Under the pieces are notes generated by a model that was not told the origin of the DNA, made no database searches, and saw nothing but the letters and a program-made list of their open reading frames with translations. Shown here piece after piece: positions 17,301 to 26,448 of a stretch of DNA of 64,000 nucleotides (within the stretch, counting starts at the first letter, position 1; each line of letters opens with the position of its first letter). The DNA lies in assembly GCA_964441405.1 (NCBI GenBank), contig CAYTYP010000022.1:3569-67568 (forward strand), written 5' to 3'. This DNA comes from an uncultured Acidobacteriota bacterium (GTDB lineage Bacteria; Acidobacteriota; UBA6911). The position numbers were made by a program, and so were the translations under genes.

Positions 17301-17627
17301 ATGAAAGCTCTTATCGTTTTAGGATTGATCTGTCTTTCCGTGAGTTGCGCCTGGGCCGGCGAGATCTACGGAACCATTACCGATTCCGACAAACCAACGC
17401 CGGCCGGCGTAAAAGTGGAAATTACCGCCGCCGGGAATCAATATAACTGCGAAACCGATAAAACCGGCTCTTATCATGTTTTCGTGAAAGAAACAGGCAA
17501 GGCTGCATTGACGGTTGTTTTCAAGAATCAGAAACCTGCCACCAATATTTTCAGCTACGATAAAGCCACTCGTTACGACTGGGACATCACAGTTGTCGAT
17601 GGCAAAATGACGCTAAAAAGGAAGTAA
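17301..17627 (+). CDS. small secreted protein, carboxypeptidase-regulatory/transthyretin-like fold
   Basis: RBS GGAGG, signal peptide ending AWA, then GEIYGTITD...GVKVEI...TDKTGSY pattern. Confidence 0.7.
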   Translation: MKALIVLGLICLSVSCAWAGEIYGTITDSDKPTPAGVKVEITAAGNQYNCETDKTGSYHVFVKETGKAALTVVFKNQKPATNIFSYDKATRYDWDITVVDGKMTLKRK

Positions 17628-17631
17628 GGCA

Positions 17632-18579
17632 ATGGAAGAACCATCCATCTCCGGAAAGCGAGCCTGGTGGGAAAAAATCGGTTTTATTCTGCATTCCAGC
17701 GGAGGTTTGCTGACCGCATTGAGCGTTGCGCTTATCGGCCTGATCGGCTCGAATTACCTTAAAAACCGCGAGCTCGAGGAAAGCAAAAGAAGAGAAGACT
17801 ATCAGATTCAGGAGACAAGAACTCGTATCTATACAGAACTGATGAGTAAACGTGAGGAGTCGGAAAGCGCTTTGCGCAAGGACATGTTTGTTTCCATCAT
17901 CGGGACATTCCTTCGGCCCGGAGCCGCCGCTCTGGACGAACGCGTACTGAATCTCGAACTGCTGTCTTATAATTTCCACGAATCTCTCAACCTTAAACCG
18001 CTTTTCACCTATTTGGAAAGGCAGATCGACATTTCCAACGATCCTCGAAAAAATGAATACCTGGATCGGCTATACAAAGTTGCAACCGAGATCAGCCGCA
18101 AACAGATGCTCGTGTTGGAGAGCGCGGGGCAGAAAACAGACCACATCATCGATTTGGATGGTTTTAAACAAAACCCGGGAGGATTTCTACTGGAAGACGC
18201 CAGTCTGACGCTGGATGGGATTACGAGACAGTTCTCTATTTATGTTTTGGCGGCCGATAAAAAAACTCGCGAAATCAATCTGCGGATGGAAATCAAAACA
18301 CCGACTGCGGATGGGAAGAATTTCGCAACCCATAATGCGGAGTTCTGGGTGGGATTCTTCGATTTTCCTATGATCGACAACACCCGCCTGCCGAATGACC
18401 AGAGAGCGGCAATCGTTCTGAACGCATTCGAGAACGGCAGCGCCGATATCACCCTGACCTTCTTCCCGGGCTCCTATGCCAGCCTCAAAGAAAAGCCCTA
18501 TTACGGCGAAGTGTTGCAAAAACTGATGAAAACCAGCGAACAATCATCGCAAAAATCCGAGGCTCCCCCGTCGAAGTAA
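17632..18579 (+). CDS. hypothetical protein with N-terminal TM anchor and coiled-coil
   Basis: 315-aa ORF starting 4 nt after the previous stop, with a TM segment at about residues 13-38. Confidence 0.75.
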   Translation: MEEPSISGKRAWWEKIGFILHSSGGLLTALSVALIGLIGSNYLKNRELEESKRREDYQIQETRTRIYTELMSKREESESALRKDMFVSIIGTFLRPGAAALDERVLNLELLSYNFHESLNLKPLFTYLERQIDISNDPRKNEYLDRLYKVATEISRKQMLVLESAGQKTDHIIDLDGFKQNPGGFLLEDASLTLDGITRQFSIYVLAADKKTREINLRMEIKTPTADGKNFATHNAEFWVGFFDFPMIDNTRLPNDQRAAIVLNAFENGSADITLTFFPGSYASLKEKPYYGEVLQKLMKTSEQSSQKSEAPPSK

Positions 18580-18653
18580 ACTATTTTATTGTTTTTTTGC
18601 AGTTGTAACCGTGGACGGCTTTTTAGAAAATTATTCCAATACACCACCCTTTT

Positions 18654-19495
18654 CTAATTTTTAACTTCCCGCGTTACATCGATGGTGAATGTACGCCACC
18701 CTTCACCATGTTTCCAGAAGTCTGCATCTTCCCGTGATTCAAACCTGCTTATGTCCGGCTCGCCGGGCAATGCGAAGGTGGCGCCAACCTGAAAATGAGT
18801 CGCATCAACAACCAAATATTGATAAGGCTGGCCTGTCACGCGATCCATCTTATGATTGACATAAGTTCCCGGATTATCATCGCAGGCGACCAGAGACTCC
18901 GGCAGTCGGCCCTTATTGGAGTAGTATTAATCCACACTCCGGCTGATTGCGGCCAGATCCCGGATGCGCTGATTATCCTGAGCAAACAAGCGGGCGCGCA
19001 TCGGGCTGCCTGCAAACCAGAATCCGAATCCGATCACAGTTATTACACCGATAATGAAAGCGATGAACCCGATCCGGGCAAAACGCGCCTGGCCCAATCC
19101 AGTTGAAAACGCAGCTTCATCACGACGCAGATCATGAAGATAGGAAAAGCTACGATCACAGTAGCAATGCCATAGCGTAAAGATAGCATTGATGAGAAAG
19201 CAGATTCGCCGGCAAGAGGCAGCGATAGATCGATGATGCTGAAGAGAATAGCGCCCAATTCAAAAGCTGTGGTGAAAAGGGCTGCAAACAGCATCAGGTA
19301 TATAAATGTTTCTTGGGGCGAACTGGAAACGCGTTTGCGGGGCACGGGAAGCGGAAGATGAGTTTCGACGAATTCATCGAGAGCTGAACTTATTTCCTTC
19401 AGCGTCCATCCGCCTTTTACCAGTTCCTCGGTGATATCTTTACGCGAGACTCCGCACGACAGCGCTTCATGAACAAAACCGGTTAATGGGTTCAT
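18654..19495 (-). pseudogene. DUF5671-type membrane protein gene, disrupted
   Basis: N-terminus FVHEALSCG..RKDI...L..GGW...LPVP....SPQETFIYL. After a frameshift/deletion near 19120 it continues FWFAGSPMRARLFAQDNQRIRDLAAISRSVD*YY..KGRLPESL...DRVTGQPYQY...FW.HGEG, with an in-frame TAA near 18930. Confidence 0.75.
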
Positions 19496-19627
19496 GGATC
19501 CGCTCCTTTGCATGATCCAGTATATACGATTTTCGCGCCCGATCGTTAAAACTGAAAATCATGGAAAACAATGGTTGCTTTGCACCGGCGAATATTTTAT
19601 AAACTGCAAAAACTCAATGAGGCGACT

Positions 19628-20113
19628 ATGGCGACTCAGAATCAACCCGACGAGGTATGTTGTCCGCAATTCGATCCGGCTCCATGGGACGACAAGGAAT
19701 TTGAATGGAAAGACAAAAAATTCATTAAGGACAAGGTGTTCACTCTTTTCTTCATGCCCCTGAATTTCGGCAAAGTAATGAAGAGGCTTGATGCAAATAT
19801 CAGGAAAGCCGGGGCTGAAATAACGGACTATCTTTCCCTTTCCGACCATACGTCGAAATGGAATATGGACCTCTACGTCGCCGTTGACAAGGACGTGCCC
19901 GACGCGGAAAACGTCACTTTAAGCGGGAAGTTCTACAGCAAGGTCTATGAAGGACCTTTCAGCGACACCGGCAAATGGTGCAAGGATTTCGAAGGCATTC
20001 TCAAATCGAAAGGCCACAGCGTAAAAAAGTGGTACATGTGGTACACGACCTGCCCGAAATGCGCTAAAAAATATGGCAAGAACTACGTCACAATAGTTGC
20101 CGAGATTGCATAG
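19628..20113 (+). CDS. conserved Cys-containing protein (GyrI-like / 'bacterial hydrolase' family)
   Basis: CCPQFDPAPWDDKEFEW..KKFIKDKV, YEGPF and YMWYTTCPKCAKKYGKNYV motifs. Confidence 0.75.
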   Translation: MATQNQPDEVCCPQFDPAPWDDKEFEWKDKKFIKDKVFTLFFMPLNFGKVMKRLDANIRKAGAEITDYLSLSDHTSKWNMDLYVAVDKDVPDAENVTLSGKFYSKVYEGPFSDTGKWCKDFEGILKSKGHSVKKWYMWYTTCPKCAKKYGKNYVTIVAEIA

Positions 20114-20127
20114 AACGCTTCAAGCAA

Positions 20128-20817
20128 TTATGTTCCGGTGAATTTGTAGCCGTGGCCATGGATGGTTACAATCCATTGGGGTTGTTTGGGATCTTGCTCG
20201 AGTCTCTGCCTGAGCCAGGCAATATGGACATCCACCGTCCGGGTAAAAGGAATGGAAGTATACCCCCATACGTCTTGAAGAAGTTGTTCTCGTGTGAGCG
20301 TCTCTCCTTTGTGATCTATCAGATAGCGCAGCAGTTGAAACTCCTTGGCTGATAAATCTACAGGATTCCCATCGCGCAGAATGGTTGTTTTTCGAAAATC
20401 AACACGGATGGATCCAAATTGGTAGACCAGGGCGGCAGATGTGAATGTCCGGGTTGCGCGCCTCAACAGGGCCTCGATGCGCGCCATGAGCTCGAGCATT
20501 TCGAAAGGTTTTGTCAGATAATCATCGGCGCCGATTTTCAGCCCGAGAATTTTATCCACGACCTGATCGCGGGCGGTAAGCATCAATATGGGGATTGCGA
20601 GACCCAACTGCCGTAATTCCCGACAAATATCATATCCGCTTTTTTTAGGAAGCATCAAATCGAGAAGGATCAAGTCATATATCCGATCGGCCGCCAGACG
20701 GAACCCGGTTTCTCCGTCCGAAGCGGTTTCAACCACATAGCCTTCACTTTGAAGTCGATCATTCAAAGTGAGACAAAGGCCTGGTTCATCTTCTATCAGC
20801 AGTATTTTATATCCCAT
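20128..20817 (-). CDS. OmpR/PhoB-family response regulator
   Basis: IEDE, LILLDLMLP, MLTAR, GADDYLTKPF receiver motifs and a TRTVDVHI wHTH. Confidence 0.96.
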   Translation of the reverse strand: MGYKILLIEDEPGLCLTLNDRLQSEGYVVETASDGETGFRLAADRIYDLILLDLMLPKKSGYDICRELRQLGLAIPILMLTARDQVVDKILGLKIGADDYLTKPFEMLELMARIEALLRRATRTFTSAALVYQFGSIRVDFRKTTILRDGNPVDLSAKEFQLLRYLIDHKGETLTREQLLQDVWGYTSIPFTRTVDVHIAWLRQRLEQDPKQPQWIVTIHGHGYKFTGT

Positions 20818-20820
20818 TTG

Positions 20821-22644
20821 CTAAGCGCTCGATGCCTGCCCTGATGAACCGGGCGCGGCGGCAAAATGTATTGTAAACCTGCTCCCTTTTCCGGGTGCGC
20901 TCTTAACGCTGATCTTCGCTCCCATGGATGCAAGCGTCTCACGGACCAGATATAGACCCAGTCCGGTTCCGTGTATTTGTTCCGATAAAGCCATTTTCCC
21001 ACGAAAAAACGGTTCAAATATATGCGCAAGATCTTCTTTATCGATGCCTATGCCCTGGTCTTCAACAGCCAACCAAACCTCCGACCCGCGTTTGTCGGCG
21101 GCTTCTCCTGTCCTCACCGCCAGCCGGCGTCTTGCGCCGGAGTATTTCAGGGCATTTTGAATAAGGTTCTGGATTGCCTGCGACAAAGCGTCCGGGTCCG
21201 CACTAACCGTAGGCAGGCCGGGAGCAAAACTTGTTTCCACCGAGAAACCGGCCGATGCAATAGCCGTTTCCGCCTGTTTCAATGCTGACTCCGTTATATC
21301 ATTGATTTGCAATGGGCGGAGATTATAGCGCCGCAGGCCTCGCTGCAATCCGGCAAACTGCAGGATTCTTTCAATCATTCCGGCAAGCTTGCGCCCTTCG
21401 CCGCGAATGAGTTCTCCATATTTTTTCGTCGACTGGCTCGAATCGCCAATCACTCCCTCAGCAAGGTTGTCGCCCGCCGAACAAATCACGGCTAAAGGCG
21501 TGCGCAGCTCGTGTGAAATCCCGGCCACAAATTCCAATTGCAGCCGCGCCAGCCTCTGCGCCCTGCGTGCATTGATAAGGATCAATGCCATGCTGGCGGC
21601 CAGCAATAAAAGGCCTCCAAAACTTATTGCCAGATTGCGACGCCGCAGTCGCGCGACAGCAACATCAAGAGAACCCTCGCGATGTTTGGCGACTAAGGTC
21701 CAGCCCGCGCCCTCCGCCTCAACTGAAATGGGGCCGATGCCTCGACCTGGTTGTCGAAAAGGTGGCGGCGGCATTGAAGACATTGGCGCCCGGAGATCCC
21801 TCTGCTCCGGCGGCCTCATTTCAGAGCCCGGAGCTCGCATGTCCATGCGTTCGCGAGGCTCTTCCATCAAGTTGATTTTTACATCAGGCTGAGCCAATGC
21901 CTCAGGAGTCAGGGCAGAATCCGAACGATAAACAATTGCACCGGAAAATTCGTCCACAACGGCTACATAGTAATTAAAACCTTCCGGATCCCTAAAAGCC
22001 CTATGGGCTATTTCAGGCAACAGTGTGGATTTTATGTTTTCCTTATCCAACTCAATCATCAGAAAACTCATGGGCCGGGATTGGTCGCCAGGAGCATCCG
22101 ATAATGATCGATTTTCGAGCAAAGGTCTCAGCAAAAGGGGAATTTGAGAAAACATTGTCCAGCCAAACCGCGGATTATCGGAAAACGGGGGTGAAGAATC
22201 AAGAAAAGCGGCCGCATAGCGCTCCTTGACAGGGTTTAACCTTGATGGCCAGGCGATCGGTTCGAAATCAGTCAGGCGCTGGTTTAAATGGAGCAATGTA
22301 GAACCGCCATCTTTCGTAGCGATCCAAAGATAAACATCACGGACCAGATTTCCATCGGGTCCGCTCAGTATAGCGCTGCAGTTCTCCGCATAGCTTTTCC
22401 AATCCCTTTGCATCTGGATAGCTGCGTCAGGCTGAAACGAAAATGTCAGTTGCTGTAATTCACTATAGTACTGCTGCCGAAAATGAAACATCGAAGTTTC
22501 AAGGCTCGCCTGCATCCGTGCATGTGCAGCCTCGCTTATCTGGCCGCTCCAGCGATATTGCAGCGCAGCTAAGACAACCAATATCAGGATGAGAAATGCA
22601 TTGAGGGCAATTGAGGCTATTGGGCGTTTAGGCAAGAATGTCAT
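20821..22644 (-). CDS. membrane sensor histidine kinase
   Basis: Two TM helices around a large periplasmic domain; H-box GISHELRTPL, N-box NLIQNALKY, G-boxes DQGIG and GTGLGL. Confidence 0.95.
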   Translation of the reverse strand: MTFLPKRPIASIALNAFLILILVVLAALQYRWSGQISEAAHARMQASLETSMFHFRQQYYSELQQLTFSFQPDAAIQMQRDWKSYAENCSAILSGPDGNLVRDVYLWIATKDGGSTLLHLNQRLTDFEPIAWPSRLNPVKERYAAAFLDSSPPFSDNPRFGWTMFSQIPLLLRPLLENRSLSDAPGDQSRPMSFLMIELDKENIKSTLLPEIAHRAFRDPEGFNYYVAVVDEFSGAIVYRSDSALTPEALAQPDVKINLMEEPRERMDMRAPGSEMRPPEQRDLRAPMSSMPPPPFRQPGRGIGPISVEAEGAGWTLVAKHREGSLDVAVARLRRRNLAISFGGLLLLAASMALILINARRAQRLARLQLEFVAGISHELRTPLAVICSAGDNLAEGVIGDSSQSTKKYGELIRGEGRKLAGMIERILQFAGLQRGLRRYNLRPLQINDITESALKQAETAIASAGFSVETSFAPGLPTVSADPDALSQAIQNLIQNALKYSGARRRLAVRTGEAADKRGSEVWLAVEDQGIGIDKEDLAHIFEPFFRGKMALSEQIHGTGLGLYLVRETLASMGAKISVKSAPGKGSRFTIHFAAAPGSSGQASSA

Positions 22645-22706
22645 ACGACATTATCCGGCTTAACCATATCAGCTTTCAAAATTAACATTGAATTCAACAC
22701 CGCAAT

Positions 22707-22742
22707 CCAGGGTTGAGCGGCTTATTTATCGCCCAACCCTGG
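22707..22742. repeat. REP-like hairpin (CCAGGGTTG...CAACCCTGG)
   Basis: Same family as the hairpin at 41870-41908. Confidence 0.7.
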
Positions 22743-22823
22743 CCTTTTTATAACTCCTTTTCAAAACTCAGTCGATAAATTTGTCCATGCATTCCCTGCA
22801 GCCTTTTTGATCTCGTTCAGAAC

Positions 22824-23342
22824 TCATTGCTCCACTGGAGGCCTAAAATCGCCGGGAGGGCCATCAGGTCCACCGGGACCGCCAGGACCACCTTGGCGGC
22901 CGAAACGGCCCCTACGGCCAAATCTACCCGGGCCGACGGCAAGGCTGCGGATCAGCTTTTCAAGACCGCTTTCACCCAGGCCGGCAACCAGAGCGTTCAC
23001 TTGAGTGCCATCGCTCTTCAATATATTAAGCGCATTGCCGGTGAACGCGGTTAAATCAGCTTCCCGTTGCGCATTCTCGTCAGCCTGTGCATCCGGTTGA
23101 GGCGGTGCGGCCGGCGGTTGATGCGCTTCTCTGAATTGCCGGATCAACGCCAGAATAGCCGACTCTTGCTCGGAGGTAAGAGTCGGCGCTCCTGCATTCT
23201 GCAATGCGCTTTTGAGTTGGGCTAAAACATCCCTCTGGGGCGGCGGTCCCGGCGGCATCGGCGGTTCCGTCTGGGACACTCCTGAAATGACGCCAACGAC
23301 CAATATCAATCCTAAAATTGTAATCATATTTCTTATTCTCAT
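22824..23342 (-). CDS. periplasmic helical, Pro/Gly-rich protein (Spy/CpxP-like position)
   Basis: Signal peptide, helical LTSEQE segment and GPG-rich tail; first gene of the kinase/regulator unit. Confidence 0.7.
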   Translation of the reverse strand: MRIRNMITILGLILVVGVISGVSQTEPPMPPGPPPQRDVLAQLKSALQNAGAPTLTSEQESAILALIRQFREAHQPPAAPPQPDAQADENAQREADLTAFTGNALNILKSDGTQVNALVAGLGESGLEKLIRSLAVGPGRFGRRGRFGRQGGPGGPGGPDGPPGDFRPPVEQ

Positions 23343-23457
23343 GGTTTTGCTCCTTTCGCATCAAAAGAGATGCCTGAAACCGTTCGGCTCTCCTGCCTCT
23401 CAGCTATACATACGGCTCATGCAGCCAGGACCGGTATTAAATCGATGCAAAAGGTTT

Positions 23458-23472
23458 TTTACATTTATTTAC
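23458..23472 (-). promoter_or_regulatory. GTAAA-N5-GTAAA box (CpxR-type OmpR-family site)
   Basis: The minus strand reads GTAAA TAAAT GTAAA, 115 nt upstream of the periplasmic gene. Confidence 0.6.
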
Positions 23473-23604
23473 ATATATCCAGAGGTGTCCGCCTCCAGTC
23501 TCTTTATAAACCGGAGAAGCTTTATCCCGTTCTTTAGTTTCGGATTATCTATAATACATCCGGTATTTCATGACGACCGTACAAAGATAAAGGAGCAGTC
23601 AAAA

Positions 23605-23784
23605 ATGGGATCCTTGCATGAATCTACGAATGAATATCGCAAGCAGCTTGAGAAAGGAGCGATTCAAAAGGCTTACAAGGGATTGATAGAATATATCATG
23701 GGTTTGAGATCATATTTCCATGTTCAATATCCTGATTATTCCGTACCCGGCCTTTATTACCGATTCGGTGAGAGTATTCTCTAG
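23605..23784 (+). pseudogene. truncated 5' part of a DUF7000-like gene
   Basis: RBS AAGGAG, then MGSLHES..EYRKQLEKGAIQKAYKGL.EYIM.LR.YF...YPDY. It stops after 59 codons. Confidence 0.6.
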
Positions 23785-23937
23785 CCACAATGGAACGACC
23801 GGTTTCGAAGACAGGTTTCGAAAAAGCCTTTGATTGAAGTGAAATTTTGCATAATCTTCTTATCCGGAATTCCACGCTTGGCGCATTAAAGGATATGCTA
23901 AACTTGATAGCAGATAACGTTTTTGAAAGAGGTCGCA

Positions 23938-24144
23938 ATGACTGGATTGGAAGCTACTGCCGAGGTATTTTGGACGGCGCTCAAAGCATTGCCGCGTAAA
24001 GAGCAGCAAGCAGTGCTGCGACGCGTTCTACAAGACAAGAAACTGCGTAATGACATGCTGGATCTGGCGCTGATTGAAGATCGCCGAGCCGAGCCAACAC
24101 AACCATTGCGTGATGTGTTGGCGGGTTCACGCAGGCGCAAATAG
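23938..24144 (+). CDS. type II antitoxin (putative)
   Basis: Small ORF (AEVFWTALKALP..EQ.AVL..., DL.D...IE.RR.EP) 5 nt upstream of a RelE-like toxin. Confidence 0.75.
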   Translation: MTGLEATAEVFWTALKALPRKEQQAVLRRVLQDKKLRNDMLDLALIEDRRAEPTQPLRDVLAGSRRRK

Positions 24145-24149
24145 ACTTT

Positions 24150-24404
24150 ATGAGCTACACGATCAATATTAAGCGCTCTGCTGAAAAAGAACTCAACGCG
24201 CTGCCACCCCGCGTATACAATCGGGTGGCAGCGCGTTTGTTAGCCCTCGAAGACAATCCACGTCCAGCCGGCATTAAGAAATTGCAGGGAGAAGAAAGTT
24301 ACCGTCTGCGGATTGGCGATTATCGCATTTTGTTCATGATTGACGACCATCAGCAGCATATTACAATTTATGCTATCGGCCATCGTCGAGAAGTTTATCG
24401 TTGA
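24150..24404 (+). CDS. relE: RelE/ParE-family toxin
   Basis: SAEKEL..LP, NPRP.G.KKL.G, YRLRIGDYRI and IGHRREVYR motifs. Confidence 0.92.
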   Translation: MSYTINIKRSAEKELNALPPRVYNRVAARLLALEDNPRPAGIKKLQGEESYRLRIGDYRILFMIDDHQQHITIYAIGHRREVYR

Positions 24405-24506
24405 CTACAGCTGCTAAACGGATGCGTCCATCTTTAAGGGTCCCTATCTAATGATTGCTTGTCTCATAAGCTGTTCTGTACAATCTGCTCAAATAAGGAA
24501 ATCGAT

Positions 24507-25541
24507 ATGCAACCAATCGCTCTATCTGTATTGCGCTTTTCGAGAATCGGAATCCTTTTTTCCTTTCTGGCGTCTGGTTTTGCCGGCGGCGCTCTGATTG
24601 CAGGCGAGCCCGAATGGAATCCAAGCGTAAAACCATGCGATCGAGCCTGTTTGATCGGCGTTATGGACGGCTACATGAGCGCCCTTTTCGCTCACAATCC
24701 CAAGATCGTCCCGCCCCTCTCGATTGACGTTCGGATGACCGAAAACACTGGCGAAATGAGCGTTGGAGAAGGCGTTCTTTGGCGTATCCAAACGGCGCCG
24801 ACAGACTTCAAAATCTATGTATCCGATCCGGTTTCGGGCCAGGTCGCCCTACAGACTCGCCTTAAAATTGGAGGCAAAGACGCTCTTGTGGCGATTCGAT
24901 TGAAGGTGGATCGCGGAAAAATTCAGGAAATCGAACAACTTTACGATCGAAGCGTCGACGCCGCAGCTCTCCCGCTTTTGACCACGCCGCCACAACTCCT
25001 TGTCTCGGACATTCCCGCCCAGCAGCGCGCATCCCGCGACATCCTGATCCGAGCTGCAAATTCCTATTTTGACGCGCTGGAAGGAGACAGCGGAAAAATC
25101 GGCGCATTCGGAGACGATTGCGTTCGCCATGAAAACGGCTATCAGACGGTAAACAATCCGCCTCCGGGCGGACGTATGATGCCGGCGCCTTTTATTCCCA
25201 CCGCCGACACGCAGCAGGGGCGGGAGATGCTGAAATTCAGCATGCTGACCTGCTCCCAGCAGATCGACACCAAAATCTTCGCCTATATGAAATACATCCG
25301 CCCGCGACGCACCTTGATTGTAGATGAGCAAAAAGGATTGGTAGGCTCGTTTCCTCTGTTTATTCACGACGGGACCAGTCGAAATGCCAAACCTGACGCC
25401 CCTCCGGGAATGCTCCAGAATCTGGTGACCATGGAAACATTCGCCATTCGCGGCGGATTGATCCGTCACGTAGAAGCGTTCCCTTTTGTGACATTGCCCT
25501 ATGGATTGGGCAATGGTTGGACCATAGGATCGGGAAGGTGA
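24507..25541 (+). CDS. secreted protein of uncharacterised family (CDRACL motif; probable tandem SnoaL/NTF2-like domains)
   Basis: Signal region, CDRACL...Y..AL.AH.P, RMTENT..M.VGEG.W, AANSYFDALE, C.RHENG.QT and GLIRHVEA motifs. Confidence 0.75.
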   Translation: MQPIALSVLRFSRIGILFSFLASGFAGGALIAGEPEWNPSVKPCDRACLIGVMDGYMSALFAHNPKIVPPLSIDVRMTENTGEMSVGEGVLWRIQTAPTDFKIYVSDPVSGQVALQTRLKIGGKDALVAIRLKVDRGKIQEIEQLYDRSVDAAALPLLTTPPQLLVSDIPAQQRASRDILIRAANSYFDALEGDSGKIGAFGDDCVRHENGYQTVNNPPPGGRMMPAPFIPTADTQQGREMLKFSMLTCSQQIDTKIFAYMKYIRPRRTLIVDEQKGLVGSFPLFIHDGTSRNAKPDAPPGMLQNLVTMETFAIRGGLIRHVEAFPFVTLPYGLGNGWTIGSGR

Positions 25542-25542
25542 A

Positions 25543-25572
25543 GCGATTGACGATTGACGAATTGACGAATTG
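25543..25572 (+). repeat. ACGATTG / ACGAATTG 7-8-mer tandem repeat
   Basis: Reads gcgattg acgattg acgaattg acgaattg. Confidence 0.8.
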
Positions 25573-25671
25573 AAAACGACTGGCAATAGCTCAATATTGG
25601 CTTCGTTCCTGAGTTTTTCTCTTTTGTTCTCAACGACAGGTTTAAGCGTCCATATCCATTCGCGGAGATAC

Positions 25672-26424
25672 TCAATCAAGCAATCCCATTGCGTCCTTTC
25701 CCGGCAGCAGCGGAAGAAGGCCGGGCATTGAAAAGATTGTCTCCCCATGGCCGGGGCTATTGTCTGCGCCTCGGGGATGACATAAGTGTACAGCGCGCAT
25801 TCCGACGCCATTCGCCCCTGCGACATCCGCCGCCAAGGTATCGCCTATGTGAAGCGCTTCGGACGGCTGAACGCCGAGTTCCGCCAGAGTATGCTGAAAT
25901 ATCTCCGGACGAGGTTTTCGCAAGCCGATCTCATCCGAATAAGTCTGCACCGAGAGATACTGTCCCATGCCCAGGCGTTCCAGGATAATGCGGAGCACCT
26001 TGCCCGGCGTGCGCCCGGTATTGCAAATAACCGCCATCCGAAAACCTTGAGTTTTAAGAGAGGACAGAACTTCGGGCGCGCCATCGAGAGGAACGGGCAA
26101 ATCCAATAGAATGGGAAGCGTATAAGCTGCGACGAGCCGGTCCATCAGTGAATCCGTACGGATTTGTTTGGATACCTTAAGATTGTCCAGAAGCCAATCG
26201 ACTTGCGCCCGAGCCCCGATATCCCGAAGGCTTGTCCACAATTCCACCAACTGTACTCCGAGAACGTCATACGCCTGGTCCATCGCCTCCGGTTCCCTGA
26301 CTATCCGCTCCTCGCGGAGAGCTTCGTCGATCCTACGGATCCGCTCTGTCCGGGCCCGGCGAGTTCCTGTCGACGCTTCCATGATAAGCGTTCCCCAACA
26401 ATCGAACGTAACAGCTTTCAGCAT
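25672..26424 (-). CDS. HAD-superfamily hydrolase
   Basis: FDCWGTL (motif I), CNT, KPRPEIF and HIGDTLAADVAGA motifs. Confidence 0.9.
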   Translation of the reverse strand: MLKAVTFDCWGTLIMEASTGTRRARTERIRRIDEALREERIVREPEAMDQAYDVLGVQLVELWTSLRDIGARAQVDWLLDNLKVSKQIRTDSLMDRLVAAYTLPILLDLPVPLDGAPEVLSSLKTQGFRMAVICNTGRTPGKVLRIILERLGMGQYLSVQTYSDEIGLRKPRPEIFQHTLAELGVQPSEALHIGDTLAADVAGANGVGMRAVHLCHPRGADNSPGHGETIFSMPGLLPLLPGKDAMGLLD

Positions 26425-26448
26425 CCCGTATCTCCAAATCGTCAATGT

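Noticed and set aside
22824-22900. GPG-rich tail as a collagen-like repeat
   Set aside because: It is too short and irregular for a Gly-X-Y triple helix and was treated as low complexity.
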